Assembly: GCA_965261005.1 (NCBI GenBank)
Contig: OZ253375.1
Location: forward strand, 928,001 to 992,000
DNA length: 64,000 nucleotides
Origin: Deinococcus sp.
GTDB lineage: Bacteria > Deinococcota > Deinococci > Deinococcales > Deinococcaceae
Reading direction: 5' to 3'
Numbering within the stretch: position 1 is the stretch's first letter; each line of letters starts with the position of its first letter. Positions 35,543 to 47,758 of the stretch are shown one piece after another. Below the pieces are notes generated by a model. It was not told the origin of the DNA. It searched no databases and was given only the letters and a program-made list of their open reading frames with translations. The translations under genes and the position numbers were made by a program.

Positions 35543-37761
35543 CCGCCCCACCGCCCCCCGCGGTGGACGTTCCCTGCCAAGACACCGCCCAGCGCATCAA
35601 GGCCGCGCGCCCGTTCACGGTCTTGGTGGTGGGCAACCCCAACGTCGGCAAGACCACGCTGATCAACGCCCTCGCGGGCACCAACCTCAAGGTGGGCAAC
35701 TGGTCGGGTGTCACGGTCGAGAAGCGCGAGGCGCACCTGACCCACGCCGGGCAGCGGGTCCACTTGCTGGACTTGCCGGGGGCCTACTCGCTCAGCCCGC
35801 ACACGCCCGAGGAGGTCATCACCCGCACCGCCCTGCTCGACGAGGCGCCGGACCTGATCCTGAACGTGCTGGACGCCGGCAACTTGGAGCGCAACCTCTA
35901 CCTGACGCTGCAACTGCTGGAGTTCGAGGTGCCGGTGGTCATCGCCCTGAATCTGGTGGACGAGGCGCAGGCCAAGGGGCTGAAGGTCGAGGCGGCCACC
36001 TTGGAGCGCCTCCTCGGCGTGCCGGTCGTGCCGGTGGTCGCGTCACAGGGAAAGAACGTGCGTGCGGTGCTCGACGCGGCCCTGCGCGGCGGCAGAACGG
36101 CGGGCGAACAGGTCAAGTACCCGGCCGAAGTACGGGCGGCAGCCGAAGACCTGCAAGCGGCCATGACGCCACTCCGCACCTTGCCCACCCAAGCCCGGCG
36201 CTACCTGGCGCTCGCGCTGCTGGAGGGGGACCCCACCCTGCGCTCGCGGCTGCTGGCGACCGGGCACGCGGACTTAATCGCGCGGGCGGACGCGCACGCG
36301 GGGGAGCTGGCCGGAAGCGACCTCGACCCCCTGATCGAGGTCGCCGAGGCGCGCTACGCCCGCGCGCACGATCTGACGGCCCTCTCGGTGCCGAGCGTTA
36401 CGGCCAGGCGCACCCTGACCGACCGCCTGGACAGCGTGGCGCTGCATCCCTGGCTGGGCATCCCGGTCTTTCTCTTGATGGTGCTGCTGGTCTTCCGTTT
36501 CACCTTTCAGGTGGCCGGCCCCTTCGTGGATTTGATCGGCGGGCCGCTGCAAGGTACGCTCGCGGGCTGGTCGGTCGCGCTGCTGGGGAGTTGGGCGCCC
36601 GGCTTCGTGCGCGAGTTGATCGTAGGGGCCATTATCCCCGGCGTCGGCACGGTGCTGAGCTTCCTGCCCACGCTGTTGGCGCTGTACCTGGCCATGAGCT
36701 TCCTGGAGGACAGCGGATACATGGCGCGCGCCGCCTTTTTGGCCGACCGTTTGATGCGCGCCGTGGGCCTCGACGGCAAGGCCTTTATCCCGCTGATGTT
36801 GGGCTTCGGCTGCAACGTGCCCGCCGTGTACGCCACCCGCACGCTGGAAAAACCGCGCGACCGGGTGATCGTGAGCATGGTGCTGCCCTTCATGTCGTGC
36901 AGCGCGCGGCTGCCGGTGTACATCATCTTCGCGGCGGCGCTGTTTCCGCAGGCGGGCACCTGGGTGGTGTGGGGGCTGTACATCCTGGGCCTGCTGGTCG
37001 CGGCGGGCTTCGCGTGGCTGTTGCGGCGCCTGTCGCCGGGGGAGGACGCGGGCGGCGTGATGCTGGAGCTGCCCCCCTACCGCTTGCCCACCGCCGCCGT
37101 GCTGTGGAAGCACGCGGCGGGCCGCACCCGCTCGTTCGTGAGGCGCGCCCGCACGACCGTTCTGACGACGGTAATCGTCGTCTGGGCGCTGCTCTCGATT
37201 CCCGCCGTGGAAGGAGGGCGCTTCGCCAGCGTGCCGCCCGCGCAGAGCCTGTTCGGCGCGGTCAGCCGCGCGGTCAGCCCGGTCTTCGCCCCGCTCGGCT
37301 TCGGCAATTGGCAGGCGACCGGCGCCCTGGTGCCGGGCTTTATCGCCAAGGAGGTCGTGGTGGGCACCCTGGGGCAGATCTACCTGGGCGAGCAGAGCGC
37401 CCCGCCAAGCGCGCTGGGCGTGCTGGCGGGCGCGAAGGAGGTCGCCGTGGGCACTTGGACGGCCGTGACCAGTTCGTTGGCGGCGCTGCCGACGGTGATC
37501 GCCCTGCCGCAGTTGGGCGCCGGCGTGACCAGCACCGAACAGCAAAGCCCCCTCGCGGGCGCCCTCGCGCGGGCCTTTTCCCCCGCCGCCGGCCTCGCGT
37601 ACCTGGTCTTCGTGCTGCTCTACACCCCCTGCATCGCCACGGTGGGCGCCATCGCCGCCGAGCACGGGCGCCGCGTCGCCTGGGTCACGGTCGCCTACCA
37701 GCTCGCCTGCGCCTGGCTGCTGGCGCTGATCACCTTTCAGATCGCGAGGTTCTTCCTGTGA
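35539..37761 (+). CDS. feoB: Ferrous iron transport protein B
   Basis: [43 protein letters not shown]. Confidence 0.96.
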   Translation: MTAPPPPAVDVPCQDTAQRIKAARPFTVLVVGNPNVGKTTLINALAGTNLKVGNWSGVTVEKREAHLTHAGQRVHLLDLPGAYSLSPHTPEEVITRTALLDEAPDLILNVLDAGNLERNLYLTLQLLEFEVPVVIALNLVDEAQAKGLKVEAATLERLLGVPVVPVVASQGKNVRAVLDAALRGGRTAGEQVKYPAEVRAAAEDLQAAMTPLRTLPTQARRYLALALLEGDPTLRSRLLATGHADLIARADAHAGELAGSDLDPLIEVAEARYARAHDLTALSVPSVTARRTLTDRLDSVALHPWLGIPVFLLMVLLVFRFTFQVAGPFVDLIGGPLQGTLAGWSVALLGSWAPGFVRELIVGAIIPGVGTVLSFLPTLLALYLAMSFLEDSGYMARAAFLADRLMRAVGLDGKAFIPLMLGFGCNVPAVYATRTLEKPRDRVIVSMVLPFMSCSARLPVYIIFAAALFPQAGTWVVWGLYILGLLVAAGFAWLLRRLSPGEDAGGVMLELPPYRLPTAAVLWKHAAGRTRSFVRRARTTVLTTVIVVWALLSIPAVEGGRFASVPPAQSLFGAVSRAVSPVFAPLGFGNWQATGALVPGFIAKEVVVGTLGQIYLGEQSAPPSALGVLAGAKEVAVGTWTAVTSSLAALPTVIALPQLGAGVTSTEQQSPLAGALARAFSPAAGLAYLVFVLLYTPCIATVGAIAAEHGRRVAWVTVAYQLACAWLLALITFQIARFFL

Positions 37762-38045
37762 GCGGCCGGCTGCACACCGTCCTGAGCGTTTTCGGCGGCG
37801 CCCCCAAGACCATGCAGGAACTGGGCGCCGAACTGGGCAGCTCGCCCGACGCCATCGAGGGCATGCTGGACACCCTGCTGCGCGCGGGCTACGTACAGCC
37901 CGCCATCTCGGGCGCCGACAACTGCGGCTGTGGCGGGTGCAGCCTGAAGAGTCTCTGCCGCGCCGCCGACGGGGCGGCGCCCGCCTTGCCCCTCCTGCGC
38001 CTCACGCCGCGCGGCGAGGCGTACCTGCGCGAGCGTTCGGCTTGA
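37758..38045 (+). CDS. feoC: FeoC-like winged-helix protein with Cys cluster
   Basis: GTGA overlap with feoB; HTH segment then [12 protein letters not shown]. Confidence 0.75.
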   Translation: MSGRLHTVLSVFGGAPKTMQELGAELGSSPDAIEGMLDTLLRAGYVQPAISGADNCGCGGCSLKSLCRAADGAAPALPLLRLTPRGEAYLRERSA

Positions 38046-38102
38046 CTTAAGACTGCTCACGGCGGCACGGAATTCCGTCCCCGGCCGCCCTAAATTGATG
38101 GT

Positions 38103-39827
38103 GTGACCGTCTCGCGCAAAGCCCAGGGGTTTCCGCCGCCGCCTAACTTGCGCGGCCGGGTGCGGCTGACGCGCAACTTGCTGCCGCCCGCCATCGTGCT
38201 GGTGGTCACGCTGTACGAGCTGTTCGTGGCCCATCTCGCCAGCGACGGCGGCAAGCTGTGGGCACACTTACTGTTCTACGGCTTGATCGGGCCGCTGGTG
38301 ACGTTCTTCGTGGTGAACTGGCTGGAGGAAGGCTTCGCCGCCCGCGCCCAAGCGGCGCGCGAGCTGCTGAACCTCTACGGCGAGCTGCGCGCCTCGCACA
38401 GCCAGCTCGACACGGTGCAGCGCCTGATTCGCACCCTGGCCGAGGCCGCCGACTTGGAGGAGGTGCTGGAGGCCGCCGCCGAGGGCGTGCGCCGCGCGAC
38501 CGGGGCGAGCCACGCCCGGGTGGTGCTCGACGGCGGTTTGGAGAAGATGGCGCGCGGCGACACCCTGTTGGAAGCGCCCTCGGCCGATTTGCACCCGCTG
38601 ACGCTGCCCCTGGGGGTGGGCGGCGAGGGCGTGGGCGAGCTGCAACTGCACTTCGAGGGGGCGCCCTCGCCCGAGACGCTGAGCCTGGCCGGGGCCGTCG
38701 CCGCCGAGATCGGCACGGCTGTCGAGGCGGCCCGGCGGCGGACGCGCGACCTGATCACCCTCTACGAGGTGGACCAGTCCATTCGCGCCGAGCGCAACAT
38801 GCGCCGCCTGCTGGAGCGCGTTCTTGAGAACATGTCCGCGCGCAGCGGGGCGCGGGCGCGCGCCGTCTACCTGACCGACGAGGACGGCGTGCTGCGCCCG
38901 GTCTGGTCGCAGGACTTCGCGGGCGCGCTGCACTTCGCCAGCGGCGTGCCCGGCTTTGCCAAGCAGGTGGCCCAGGCCGGCACCCCGCTGCTGGCCGGCG
39001 AGCGCGGCGCGAGCGAGGTCTTCGCGGGGGCGCGCTCCGCGCTGGGGCTGCCGATGCGCTCGGAGGAACAGCTGGTCGGCGTGATCGTGCTGGGCCACGC
39101 GGGGGCGGACGCCTTCGAGGACGCCCGCATCCCGCTGCTGGCCCTGCTCGCCAGCCAAGCCACCCTGGCGGTGCGCAACGCGCGGGCCTACTTCTACAGC
39201 GAGGAACTCGCCATCGGCGAGGAGCGCAACAGGATTGCCCGCGAGATTCACGACGGCGTGGCGCAGTCCCTCGCCTTTTGTGCCCTCAAGCTGGACCTCG
39301 CCGAGCGCCAGATCGCGCGTGAGCCAGGGCGGGCCGTGCAGGAGGTGGCGACCGCGCGCACCATTTTGCGCGAGCAGATTCGTGAGGTGCGCCGCTCGAT
39401 CTTCGCGTTGCGCCCGATTGACTTGGAGCGCTACGGCCTCCTGGAGACCATGCGGCGCTACGTGCAGGACTTCGGCGAGCAGAACGGCGTCCGCACCGCC
39501 CTGACCGTGGAGGGCGAGGTCAACCTCCCGCCCAGCGACGAGGCCGTGGTGTTCCGGCTCTTGCAAGAAAGCCTCAACAACGTCGCCAAGCACGCCCACG
39601 CCCGCGAGGTCCAAGTCTCCTTGACCGGGGGCGAACGCGCCACCCTGGAGGTTCGCGACGACGGCGCCGGCTTCGACCCGGCCGAGGCGAGCGGTCGGGT
39701 GTCGTCGGCGGGGGGCCTCGGCCTCACGCAGATGCGCGAGCGGGTGGAGAGCCGCGGCGGGCGCTATCAGGTGGAGAGTAAGCCCGGCGCGGGAACGCGG
39801 GTGCTGGCGGAGCTGCCGCAGGCGTAG
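38103..39827 (+). CDS. Membrane-bound GAF sensor histidine kinase (HisKA_3 type)
   Basis: Two TM helices, GAF regions, EERNRIAREIHD, QESLNNVAKHA, DDGAGF. Confidence 0.9.
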   Translation: MTVSRKAQGFPPPPNLRGRVRLTRNLLPPAIVLVVTLYELFVAHLASDGGKLWAHLLFYGLIGPLVTFFVVNWLEEGFAARAQAARELLNLYGELRASHSQLDTVQRLIRTLAEAADLEEVLEAAAEGVRRATGASHARVVLDGGLEKMARGDTLLEAPSADLHPLTLPLGVGGEGVGELQLHFEGAPSPETLSLAGAVAAEIGTAVEAARRRTRDLITLYEVDQSIRAERNMRRLLERVLENMSARSGARARAVYLTDEDGVLRPVWSQDFAGALHFASGVPGFAKQVAQAGTPLLAGERGASEVFAGARSALGLPMRSEEQLVGVIVLGHAGADAFEDARIPLLALLASQATLAVRNARAYFYSEELAIGEERNRIAREIHDGVAQSLAFCALKLDLAERQIAREPGRAVQEVATARTILREQIREVRRSIFALRPIDLERYGLLETMRRYVQDFGEQNGVRTALTVEGEVNLPPSDEAVVFRLLQESLNNVAKHAHAREVQVSLTGGERATLEVRDDGAGFDPAEASGRVSSAGGLGLTQMRERVESRGGRYQVESKPGAGTRVLAELPQA

Positions 39828-39847
39828 ATACGGGTAGAGTTAAGCGC

Positions 39848-40384
39848 GTGACGTCCGTGGGATCGCCCAATACCCGTTTGATCGTGCTGCGCGGCAACTC
39901 CGGCTCGGGCAAAAGTTCGGTGGCGCGCGAGTTGCGCGCCCGCCACGGGTGGGGCCTGGCTTGGGTCGAGCAAGATTATTTTCGTCGAATCATTTTGCGC
40001 GAACTCGACGTTTCAGGTGGGGTCAACATCGGCCTGATTGACGGGGCGGTTCGCTACGCCCTCGCGCACGGTTACCACGTGGTTCTCGAAGGCATCTTCC
40101 GGGCCGACAACTCCGCGGACATGCTGCGCACCTTGAACGCCGACCACGCCGGCCAGACGGCGTTTTACTACTTCGACATTTCTTTCGAGGAAACGGCCAG
40201 ACGGCACCTAACCAGACCGCAGGCGAGCGGGTTCAGCTGCGCCGACATGCTTGCTTGGTATCGCCCACGAGACTTGCTCGGTTTACCGAACGAGCGCGTC
40301 ATCGGCGAGATGACGACGTTGCAGGAAGCGGCCGAGCGTATTCTGCTTGAGACAAACCTTTCCAAGGTGGCCGAACGCGGCTGA
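39848..40384 (+). CDS. P-loop kinase-like protein
   Basis: LIVLRGNSGSGKS Walker A. Confidence 0.8.
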   Translation: MTSVGSPNTRLIVLRGNSGSGKSSVARELRARHGWGLAWVEQDYFRRIILRELDVSGGVNIGLIDGAVRYALAHGYHVVLEGIFRADNSADMLRTLNADHAGQTAFYYFDISFEETARRHLTRPQASGFSCADMLAWYRPRDLLGLPNERVIGEMTTLQEAAERILLETNLSKVAERG

Positions 40385-40422
40385 TTCCAGCGTCAAGCAA
40401 GCCCCGCGCCCAAATCTTTTTA

Positions 40423-40459
40423 CCCTCTCCCTTGCGGGAGAGGGGCCGGGGGTGAGGGG
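40423..40459 (+). repeat. REP-like palindromic repeat
   Basis: CCCTCTCCCTTGCGGGAGAGGGGCCGGGGGTGAGGGG; same family as copies near 14045, 51418 and 56747. Confidence 0.75.
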
Positions 40460-40488
40460 TTGTGGCAGCTCAACGGCCCATTCCCCGT

Positions 40489-41154
40489 CTAGTCCCTATC
40501 CCCCCGAAAGCGCCGCAGCTCCTCGATGGCGTGGTTGTCGCCCACGATCACCAAGCGGTCGTGGGGCTGCAACTCGGCGTCGGCGCGCGGGGACACGTCC
40601 ACCCGGCCACCTCGGCTGACCGCGATCACCTGCACGCCAAAGCGGTTGGACAAGTTGAGGTCCTTGAGGGTGCCGCGCAAACGGTCGTTCACCTCGACCT
40701 CCACGATGGAGGTGTTGGACCCCAGATCGGGCGTGTCCTGGCGGCGCACCCCGCCGAGACGCTGGGCGGTGCGCACGCCCATGTCGTGCTCGGGGCGGAT
40801 GACCTCGTCGGCGCCGATCTTTTCCAGCACCCGCGCCGCCACCTCGTCGGTGGCCTTGCTGACGACGTGCCGCGCGCCCAGGTTCTTGGCGGCCAGCGTG
40901 GCGAGGATGTTGGCCTTGATGTCGCTGCCGATGGCGATCACGACCTCGTCGAAGTCCGCCACGCCGATGGAGCGCAGGGCGCGCTCGTCGGTCGCGTCCA
41001 GAATGGCCGCGTGCGTGACCAGGTTGGTGACGCGCTGCACGTTGTCCTCCTCCACGTCCACCGCCACGACCTCGTGCCCCAGTTCATACAGCGTGGTCGC
41101 CACGGCCGTTCCGAAACGGCCCAGGCCGACGACCAGGCATTGCTTGGCTTTCAC
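40489..41154 (-). CDS. KtrA/TrkA potassium uptake regulatory subunit
   Basis: VVGLGRFG RCK_N, IRPEHDMG, RCK_C. Confidence 0.92.
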   Translation of the reverse strand: MKAKQCLVVGLGRFGTAVATTLYELGHEVVAVDVEEDNVQRVTNLVTHAAILDATDERALRSIGVADFDEVVIAIGSDIKANILATLAAKNLGARHVVSKATDEVAARVLEKIGADEVIRPEHDMGVRTAQRLGGVRRQDTPDLGSNTSIVEVEVNDRLRGTLKDLNLSNRFGVQVIAVSRGGRVDVSPRADAELQPHDRLVIVGDNHAIEELRRFRGDRD

Positions 41155-42500
41155 CCGATCAGGATATTCTTTTCCGCCGGATACGACACCAATTCGCCGG
41201 GGGTGCGCTGGCCCAGCGCGAGGGCGAAGGTGAGCGGCCCCACGCGGCCTAGGTACATCAGCAGCGCCAGGATCAGGTGGCCGCCGTCCCCCAGCAGCGG
41301 CGTGGTGTTCATGGAGAGGCCCACCGTGGCGTAGGCCGAGACCGTCTCGAAGGCGAGGTTGAAAAAGGGCACCTTGGGGTTGGTCAGCACCAGCAGGGCC
41401 AGCATCAAGTTGATCAGCGCCAAGCTCGAAATGCCCACCACAAAGGCGCGCAGCACGGTGGAAAAGTCAATACGCCGCTGGAAAACGCTCGGCTCGCCCC
41501 GGCCGCGCAGCAGGCTCCAGGCCGAGACCAGCATCACGAAAAAGGTGGTGGTCTTGACGCCGCCCCCCGTCGAGCCGGGGTTGGCGCCCACGAACATCAT
41601 CAGCAGGGTGAGAAACAAGGTGGCGGGCCGCATGGCGCCGTAGTCGAGGGTATTGAAGCCGGCGGTGCGCGGCATCACCCCCTCGAAGAAGCTAACCAGC
41701 AGCTTTTGCGGCCAGGGATACTGGCCGAGGGTGTCGGGGTTGGTCCATTCCAGCGCGCCCACGCCCACGGTCCCCACCACCAGCAGAATGCCCGTCATCA
41801 GCAGCGCGATGCGGGTGGTGGTGAGCAGGGGATTGCGGCGCGGGCTGAGGCGCCACGACAGCAGGTTCACAAAGGCCACGAAGCCGAAACCGCCCAGCAG
41901 CACCAGCAGGCTCACCGTGACATTGACGACCGGGTCGGTCGCGTAGCGCACCAGCGAGTCGGGATACAACGAAAAGCCCGCGTTGTTAAAGGCGCTGACC
42001 GCGTGAAACAAGGCCGAGTAGGCGCCCGGCCCCCAGCCCTCGCTCGGGCCGAAGCGCGTCAGCAGCAGCAGCGCGCCGGCCAGCTCGAACGTGAAGGTGT
42101 AGACGAAGATCAGGCGCAGCAGCGGCAGCAAGGAGCCGATGTCGAAGACGCTGATCTGCTGCGCGAGGCGCAGCCGCTCGGCGGTGCCCACCCGCCGCCC
42201 CAGAAAAAAGGCGAACAGCGTCCCGAAGGTCACGATGCCGAGGCCGCCCACCTGAATCAGCAGCAGGATCACCACTTGCCCGAAGGGGCTGAAGGTGCTG
42301 CCGGTGTCCAGCACGGTCAGGCCGGTCACGCACAGGGCGCTGGTGGCGGTGAAGAGGGCCTGGAGCAGGGTGACGGTCTTGCCGGGCGCGTGCGCGAAGG
42401 GGAGCGACAGCAGGGCGGCGCCCAGCAAGCAGCCCAGCGCGAAGGTGAGCGCGATCAGCTGCGGGGCGGACGGTTTGGCGCGGCGGGAACGGCGGGTCAT
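41151..42500 (-). CDS. KtrB/TrkH potassium uptake membrane subunit
   Basis: ATSALCVTGL, SAFNNAGFS, PRTAGFN, GSTGGGVK, SAYATVGLS. Confidence 0.93.
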   Translation of the reverse strand: MTRRSRRAKPSAPQLIALTFALGCLLGAALLSLPFAHAPGKTVTLLQALFTATSALCVTGLTVLDTGSTFSPFGQVVILLLIQVGGLGIVTFGTLFAFFLGRRVGTAERLRLAQQISVFDIGSLLPLLRLIFVYTFTFELAGALLLLTRFGPSEGWGPGAYSALFHAVSAFNNAGFSLYPDSLVRYATDPVVNVTVSLLVLLGGFGFVAFVNLLSWRLSPRRNPLLTTTRIALLMTGILLVVGTVGVGALEWTNPDTLGQYPWPQKLLVSFFEGVMPRTAGFNTLDYGAMRPATLFLTLLMMFVGANPGSTGGGVKTTTFFVMLVSAWSLLRGRGEPSVFQRRIDFSTVLRAFVVGISSLALINLMLALLVLTNPKVPFFNLAFETVSAYATVGLSMNTTPLLGDGGHLILALLMYLGRVGPLTFALALGQRTPGELVSYPAEKNILIG

Positions 42501-42632
42501 AAACGCGCGATTTTACCGCACGGGTACGGTCACCATACGACACGGCGCACGCCGGTGCATGTAGGGGAGAGTTTCAAACCCTCCCCTACCGCCCCAGCCC
42601 CGGCAGAATTGAGGGCCGTATACTCGGAAACC

Positions 42633-43643
42633 ATGCCCACACGCCAACACGAACGCGAATACGAGCTGGAGGTGCTGCCCGGCCTTGAGGGGTTCGCCCT
42701 CTCGGAGCTGCGCGACTTGACGGGCGTCCGCCCGCTCACGGGGCTGCGCTTCGCCTACGCGGGCGGCGAGCGCGCCCTCAAGCGGCTGCGCTCGGCGACG
42801 GCCGTCTCCCTGCTGGCGCACTTCGAGGTGCCCCGGCCAAAGGCGCTCCTCGGGCACGCCCACCTGAGCCGCTTATTGGCCCTGATCGGCGAGGTGGTGG
42901 TGAACGACAGCTTCGCCAGCTTCCGCTTCGGCGCGGCGGGCGGGGAATCGGCAGTGTTCGCGCGCCTCGCTCAGGAGATCGAGGCTTCGAGCGGCCTGCG
43001 TCACGATTCGCGCGAGGGTGAGCTGCTGCTGCGCTTCAGGCGCTCGGGCGCCGGCTGGGACGTGCTGCTGCGCCTGACGCCGCGGCCCCTCTCGGCGCGG
43101 GCGTGGCGGGTGTGCAACTTGGCGGGCGGCCTCAACGCTACCTTAGCGAACGCCATGTTGCGCCTCGGCGGCGTGCGCGAGGGCGACCGGGTCTTCAACC
43201 CCATGACCGGCTCGGGCACGCTGCTGATCGAGCGCGCCGCGCTGGGGCCAGTCGAGCGGCTGGCCGGGGCCGATTCTGACCCGGAGGCGCTGCGTTGCGC
43301 CCGCGAGAACGTGGCGGCCAGCAAGCAGGGCGACATCGAGCTGTACGAGCTGGACGTGACCGAGGCGGGAACCGTGCCGGAGCGCGCCTTTGACCTGATC
43401 GTGGCCGATTTGCCGTGGGGCGACGCGGTGGGCGACCACGCGGGGAACGCCGAACTCTACCCCGCCTTTTTACGGGCGATGAACCGCGCCGCCACGAGGC
43501 GCGCCCGCATGGTGGTCCTGACCCACGAGGTGAGGCTATTCGAGTCGCTGCTCTCAGAGCAACATTCCTGGAAAAGCCGCGAGAGCCTGAAGGTCTTTCA
43601 CGGGGGCCACCATCCCCGGATGTACCTGCTGACCAAAGGCTGA
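42633..43643 (+). CDS. RNA methyltransferase (Trm11/RlmL-like)
   Basis: NPMTGSGTLLIE, ADLPWG; ATG 42633. Confidence 0.8.
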   Translation: MPTRQHEREYELEVLPGLEGFALSELRDLTGVRPLTGLRFAYAGGERALKRLRSATAVSLLAHFEVPRPKALLGHAHLSRLLALIGEVVVNDSFASFRFGAAGGESAVFARLAQEIEASSGLRHDSREGELLLRFRRSGAGWDVLLRLTPRPLSARAWRVCNLAGGLNATLANAMLRLGGVREGDRVFNPMTGSGTLLIERAALGPVERLAGADSDPEALRCARENVAASKQGDIELYELDVTEAGTVPERAFDLIVADLPWGDAVGDHAGNAELYPAFLRAMNRAATRRARMVVLTHEVRLFESLLSEQHSWKSRESLKVFHGGHHPRMYLLTKG

Positions 43644-43668
43644 AAAGGGCGTGCGCTATGCTGCCCTC

Positions 43669-44367
43669 ATGAGCGCCACCCTCGACGCACAGGTGATCGC
43701 CGTGACCACCTCCGACCAAGGCTATGGCCGCAGCGTGGGCATGGCCCTCGCGCGGGCGGGGGCCAGCGTGGTCCTGATCGGCGGCAACGTCGAGACGCTG
43801 TCACAACTCGCGTCGCACATCGAGTACGAGGGCGGCACCGCCATACCCATCAAGGCCGACGTGGGCGTGCCGCTCGACTACCTGAGCGCCCAGGAGCGCG
43901 CCCTGGAAATCTTCGGGGCGCTGCACGGCGTCGTTCACCTCGCCGACAAGCGCGCCCACAGCGTCTTTCCCATGCTCAGCGAGGCGGAGTGGATGGATTT
44001 ATTCGGCTGCAACGTTAAGTCCAGCGTGGGCATCGCCCAGATTTTGCGCCGCCGCCTGCCGGACACCTGGCTCACCCTGATCGGGCCGCACCTGGACGAA
44101 ACGGGGTTGCACGCCCCGCCGCAGCGCGGCGCCCTGCGCGGCCTGACCGAACACGCCTATGAGGAGAAGCTGCGCGTCAACACCCTGCTCCCCTCGCGCG
44201 CCCCCAGCGGCGAGGAACACGACCGGCCGCTGTCGGACGCCGTGGTCGCCTTGGCCGGCGAGGGACTGCGCCATATTCGCGGCAGCACCATCGAGGTGCC
44301 GCTGCCGGGGGCGCCGGGGGACCGGCCGCTCGACGTTCTGAACGTGCGCGCGGGCCGTGGGGGGTAG
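43669..44367 (+). CDS. SDR-like oxidoreductase (degenerate motifs)
   Basis: Rossmann N-terminus TTSDQGYG, IKADV; no YxxxK seen. Confidence 0.7.
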   Translation: MSATLDAQVIAVTTSDQGYGRSVGMALARAGASVVLIGGNVETLSQLASHIEYEGGTAIPIKADVGVPLDYLSAQERALEIFGALHGVVHLADKRAHSVFPMLSEAEWMDLFGCNVKSSVGIAQILRRRLPDTWLTLIGPHLDETGLHAPPQRGALRGLTEHAYEEKLRVNTLLPSRAPSGEEHDRPLSDAVVALAGEGLRHIRGSTIEVPLPGAPGDRPLDVLNVRAGRGG

Positions 44368-44370
44368 CGC

Positions 44371-44814
44371 GTGAAGTGCCCCTACTGCTCCGCTCCCGAC
44401 AGCAAGGTGGTGAACTCGCGCCCCGGCGACGACGGCGGCGCCATCCGGCGGCGGCGCGAGTGCCTCGCGTGCGCGCGGCGCTTCACGACCTACGAGCGCG
44501 CCCAGCTCGAACCCCTGATGGTCATCAAGCGCGCCGGCCGGCGCGAGGCTTTCAACCCCGACAAGCTGCTGCGCGGCCTTCAGCTGGCCGCCGAAAAGCG
44601 CCCGGTCCAGGAAGGCGCCCTGCGCGCCTTTGCCTACGGTTTCGAGGATGAGATCGGGCAGGCCGAGGTCAGCAGCGAGGCCATCGGCAAGCGCGCCATG
44701 GCCTTTTTGCGCCCCCTCGACGAGGTCGCCTACATCCGCTTCGCCAGCGTGTACCGCGACTTCGACAGCTTGGAGCGCTTTATCGAGGAGATTCGCGGCC
44801 TCAAGGATGGATAA
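44371..44814 (+). CDS. nrdR: Transcriptional repressor NrdR
   Basis: MKCPYC, IRRRREC..C..RFTTYE, VAYIRFASVY. Confidence 0.97.
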   Translation: MKCPYCSAPDSKVVNSRPGDDGGAIRRRRECLACARRFTTYERAQLEPLMVIKRAGRREAFNPDKLLRGLQLAAEKRPVQEGALRAFAYGFEDEIGQAEVSSEAIGKRAMAFLRPLDEVAYIRFASVYRDFDSLERFIEEIRGLKDG

Positions 44815-44845
44815 AAAAACACCCCCACCTTGCGGTGGCGGTGTT
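44813..44845. terminator. Intrinsic terminator between convergent nrdR and groEL
   Basis: Hairpin AACACCCCCACC-TTGC-GGTGGCGGTGTT next to an A-run (U-tail for groEL). Confidence 0.65.
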
Positions 44846-44859
44846 CCTACCCAGCTTTC

Positions 44860-46807
<1,948 letters not shown>

Positions 46808-46891
46808 TCGCTCTTCCCTCCCAAAAAACTGTGAGTGTTCGGCGGCCCCAGCCCCTTTTTCAAGCCTGGCAGCTCGCCGACTCCAAACGCC

Positions 46892-46958
46892 ATGTTAGCG
46901 ACGGACTCAGCACTATGTCAATGGGGTAACCACAAGATATGAGCGCGTAGGACTCAGA
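46892..46958 (-). promoter_or_regulatory. groESL promoter with HAIR-like (HspR) inverted repeat
   Basis: Minus strand TTGACA-N18-TAACAT (46921-46892); TATGAGC-N7-ACTCAGA at 46938-46958 resembles CTTGAGT-N7-ACTCAAG. Confidence 0.65.
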
Positions 46959-47002
46959 TTTGCCAGGAGCTTTATCAGGGGCCGCACAACCTCAACGAAC
47001 GG

Positions 47003-47641
47003 TCAAGACGCGCCCGTCGAGCGGCCGATCACGGCGTACAGCGGATCGCCGCCAAAAAAACCCCGGCGCGGGCTGCGGTCCAACCCCTCGATCTGCTCGA
47101 AGGTGCCGGCCTCCCGCAGCAGCTCCTTTACGAACGCGACGTGGCCCGCGTCGTCCGTCCGCTGCCACGCGCGCACCGCCTTGGTCGGGAAGCAGCGGTT
47201 GGAAAAGGTGATGACGATGGGCGCCCCCGCCCTTAAAACCCGCCCGACCTCGCGCAGCACCTCGGTTGGCCGGGTCAGGTAGTCCACCGAGACGCAGATG
47301 CCGCAGCCGTTAAAGCTGGCCGTTTCATACGGCAGCGCCGGATTCTCGTTGAGGTTCTGCACCATGAACTCAGTCAGGCGCGGGTTGGCGGCCAGCTCCT
47401 CGCGGTTCATGCCGAGGCCGACCACCCGCGAATACGAGACCTCCGGCGGCAGGTGACTGATCCAGGAACTCATCAGGTCGAGAATGGCGCCGTCAGCCGA
47501 GAAGTACTCGCGGTAGAGCTGTGTGACGGCGGCAATCGCCCCCGCGTCAATGTGAGTCACGAAGCGCGGCTGGGCGTAAAAGAGTTCGTCGGGAGACTCG
47601 TCGGCGCGGCGGTAAGCGTCGGGCGGGATGGGGTCAGGCAT
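47003..47641 (-). CDS. Class I SAM-dependent methyltransferase
   Basis: FYAQPRFVTHID, LDLMSSWISH, SVDYLT, FSNRCFPTKA. Confidence 0.88.
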   Translation of the reverse strand: MPDPIPPDAYRRADESPDELFYAQPRFVTHIDAGAIAAVTQLYREYFSADGAILDLMSSWISHLPPEVSYSRVVGLGMNREELAANPRLTEFMVQNLNENPALPYETASFNGCGICVSVDYLTRPTEVLREVGRVLRAGAPIVITFSNRCFPTKAVRAWQRTDDAGHVAFVKELLREAGTFEQIEGLDRSPRRGFFGGDPLYAVIGRSTGAS

Positions 47642-47710
47642 AGGGAGAGCTTGGGCCGGAGATTCGGGAAAAGGGCCTTGCGCCGGTCAAGCCGTGTTCA
47701 TATTTCAATA

Positions 47711-47724
47711 GACGTATATATGTC
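47711..47724. promoter_or_regulatory. AT-rich near-palindromic operator candidate
   Basis: GACGTATATATGTC upstream of the GGDEF-RHH gene. Confidence 0.5.
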
Positions 47725-47758
47725 ATATATTATATGCGAGCTATAGGAGGTAAGACCT

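Noticed and set aside
46860..46900. CIRCE element upstream of groES
   Set aside because: No acceptable match to TTAGCACTC-N9-GAGTGCTAA; the HAIR-like site fits better
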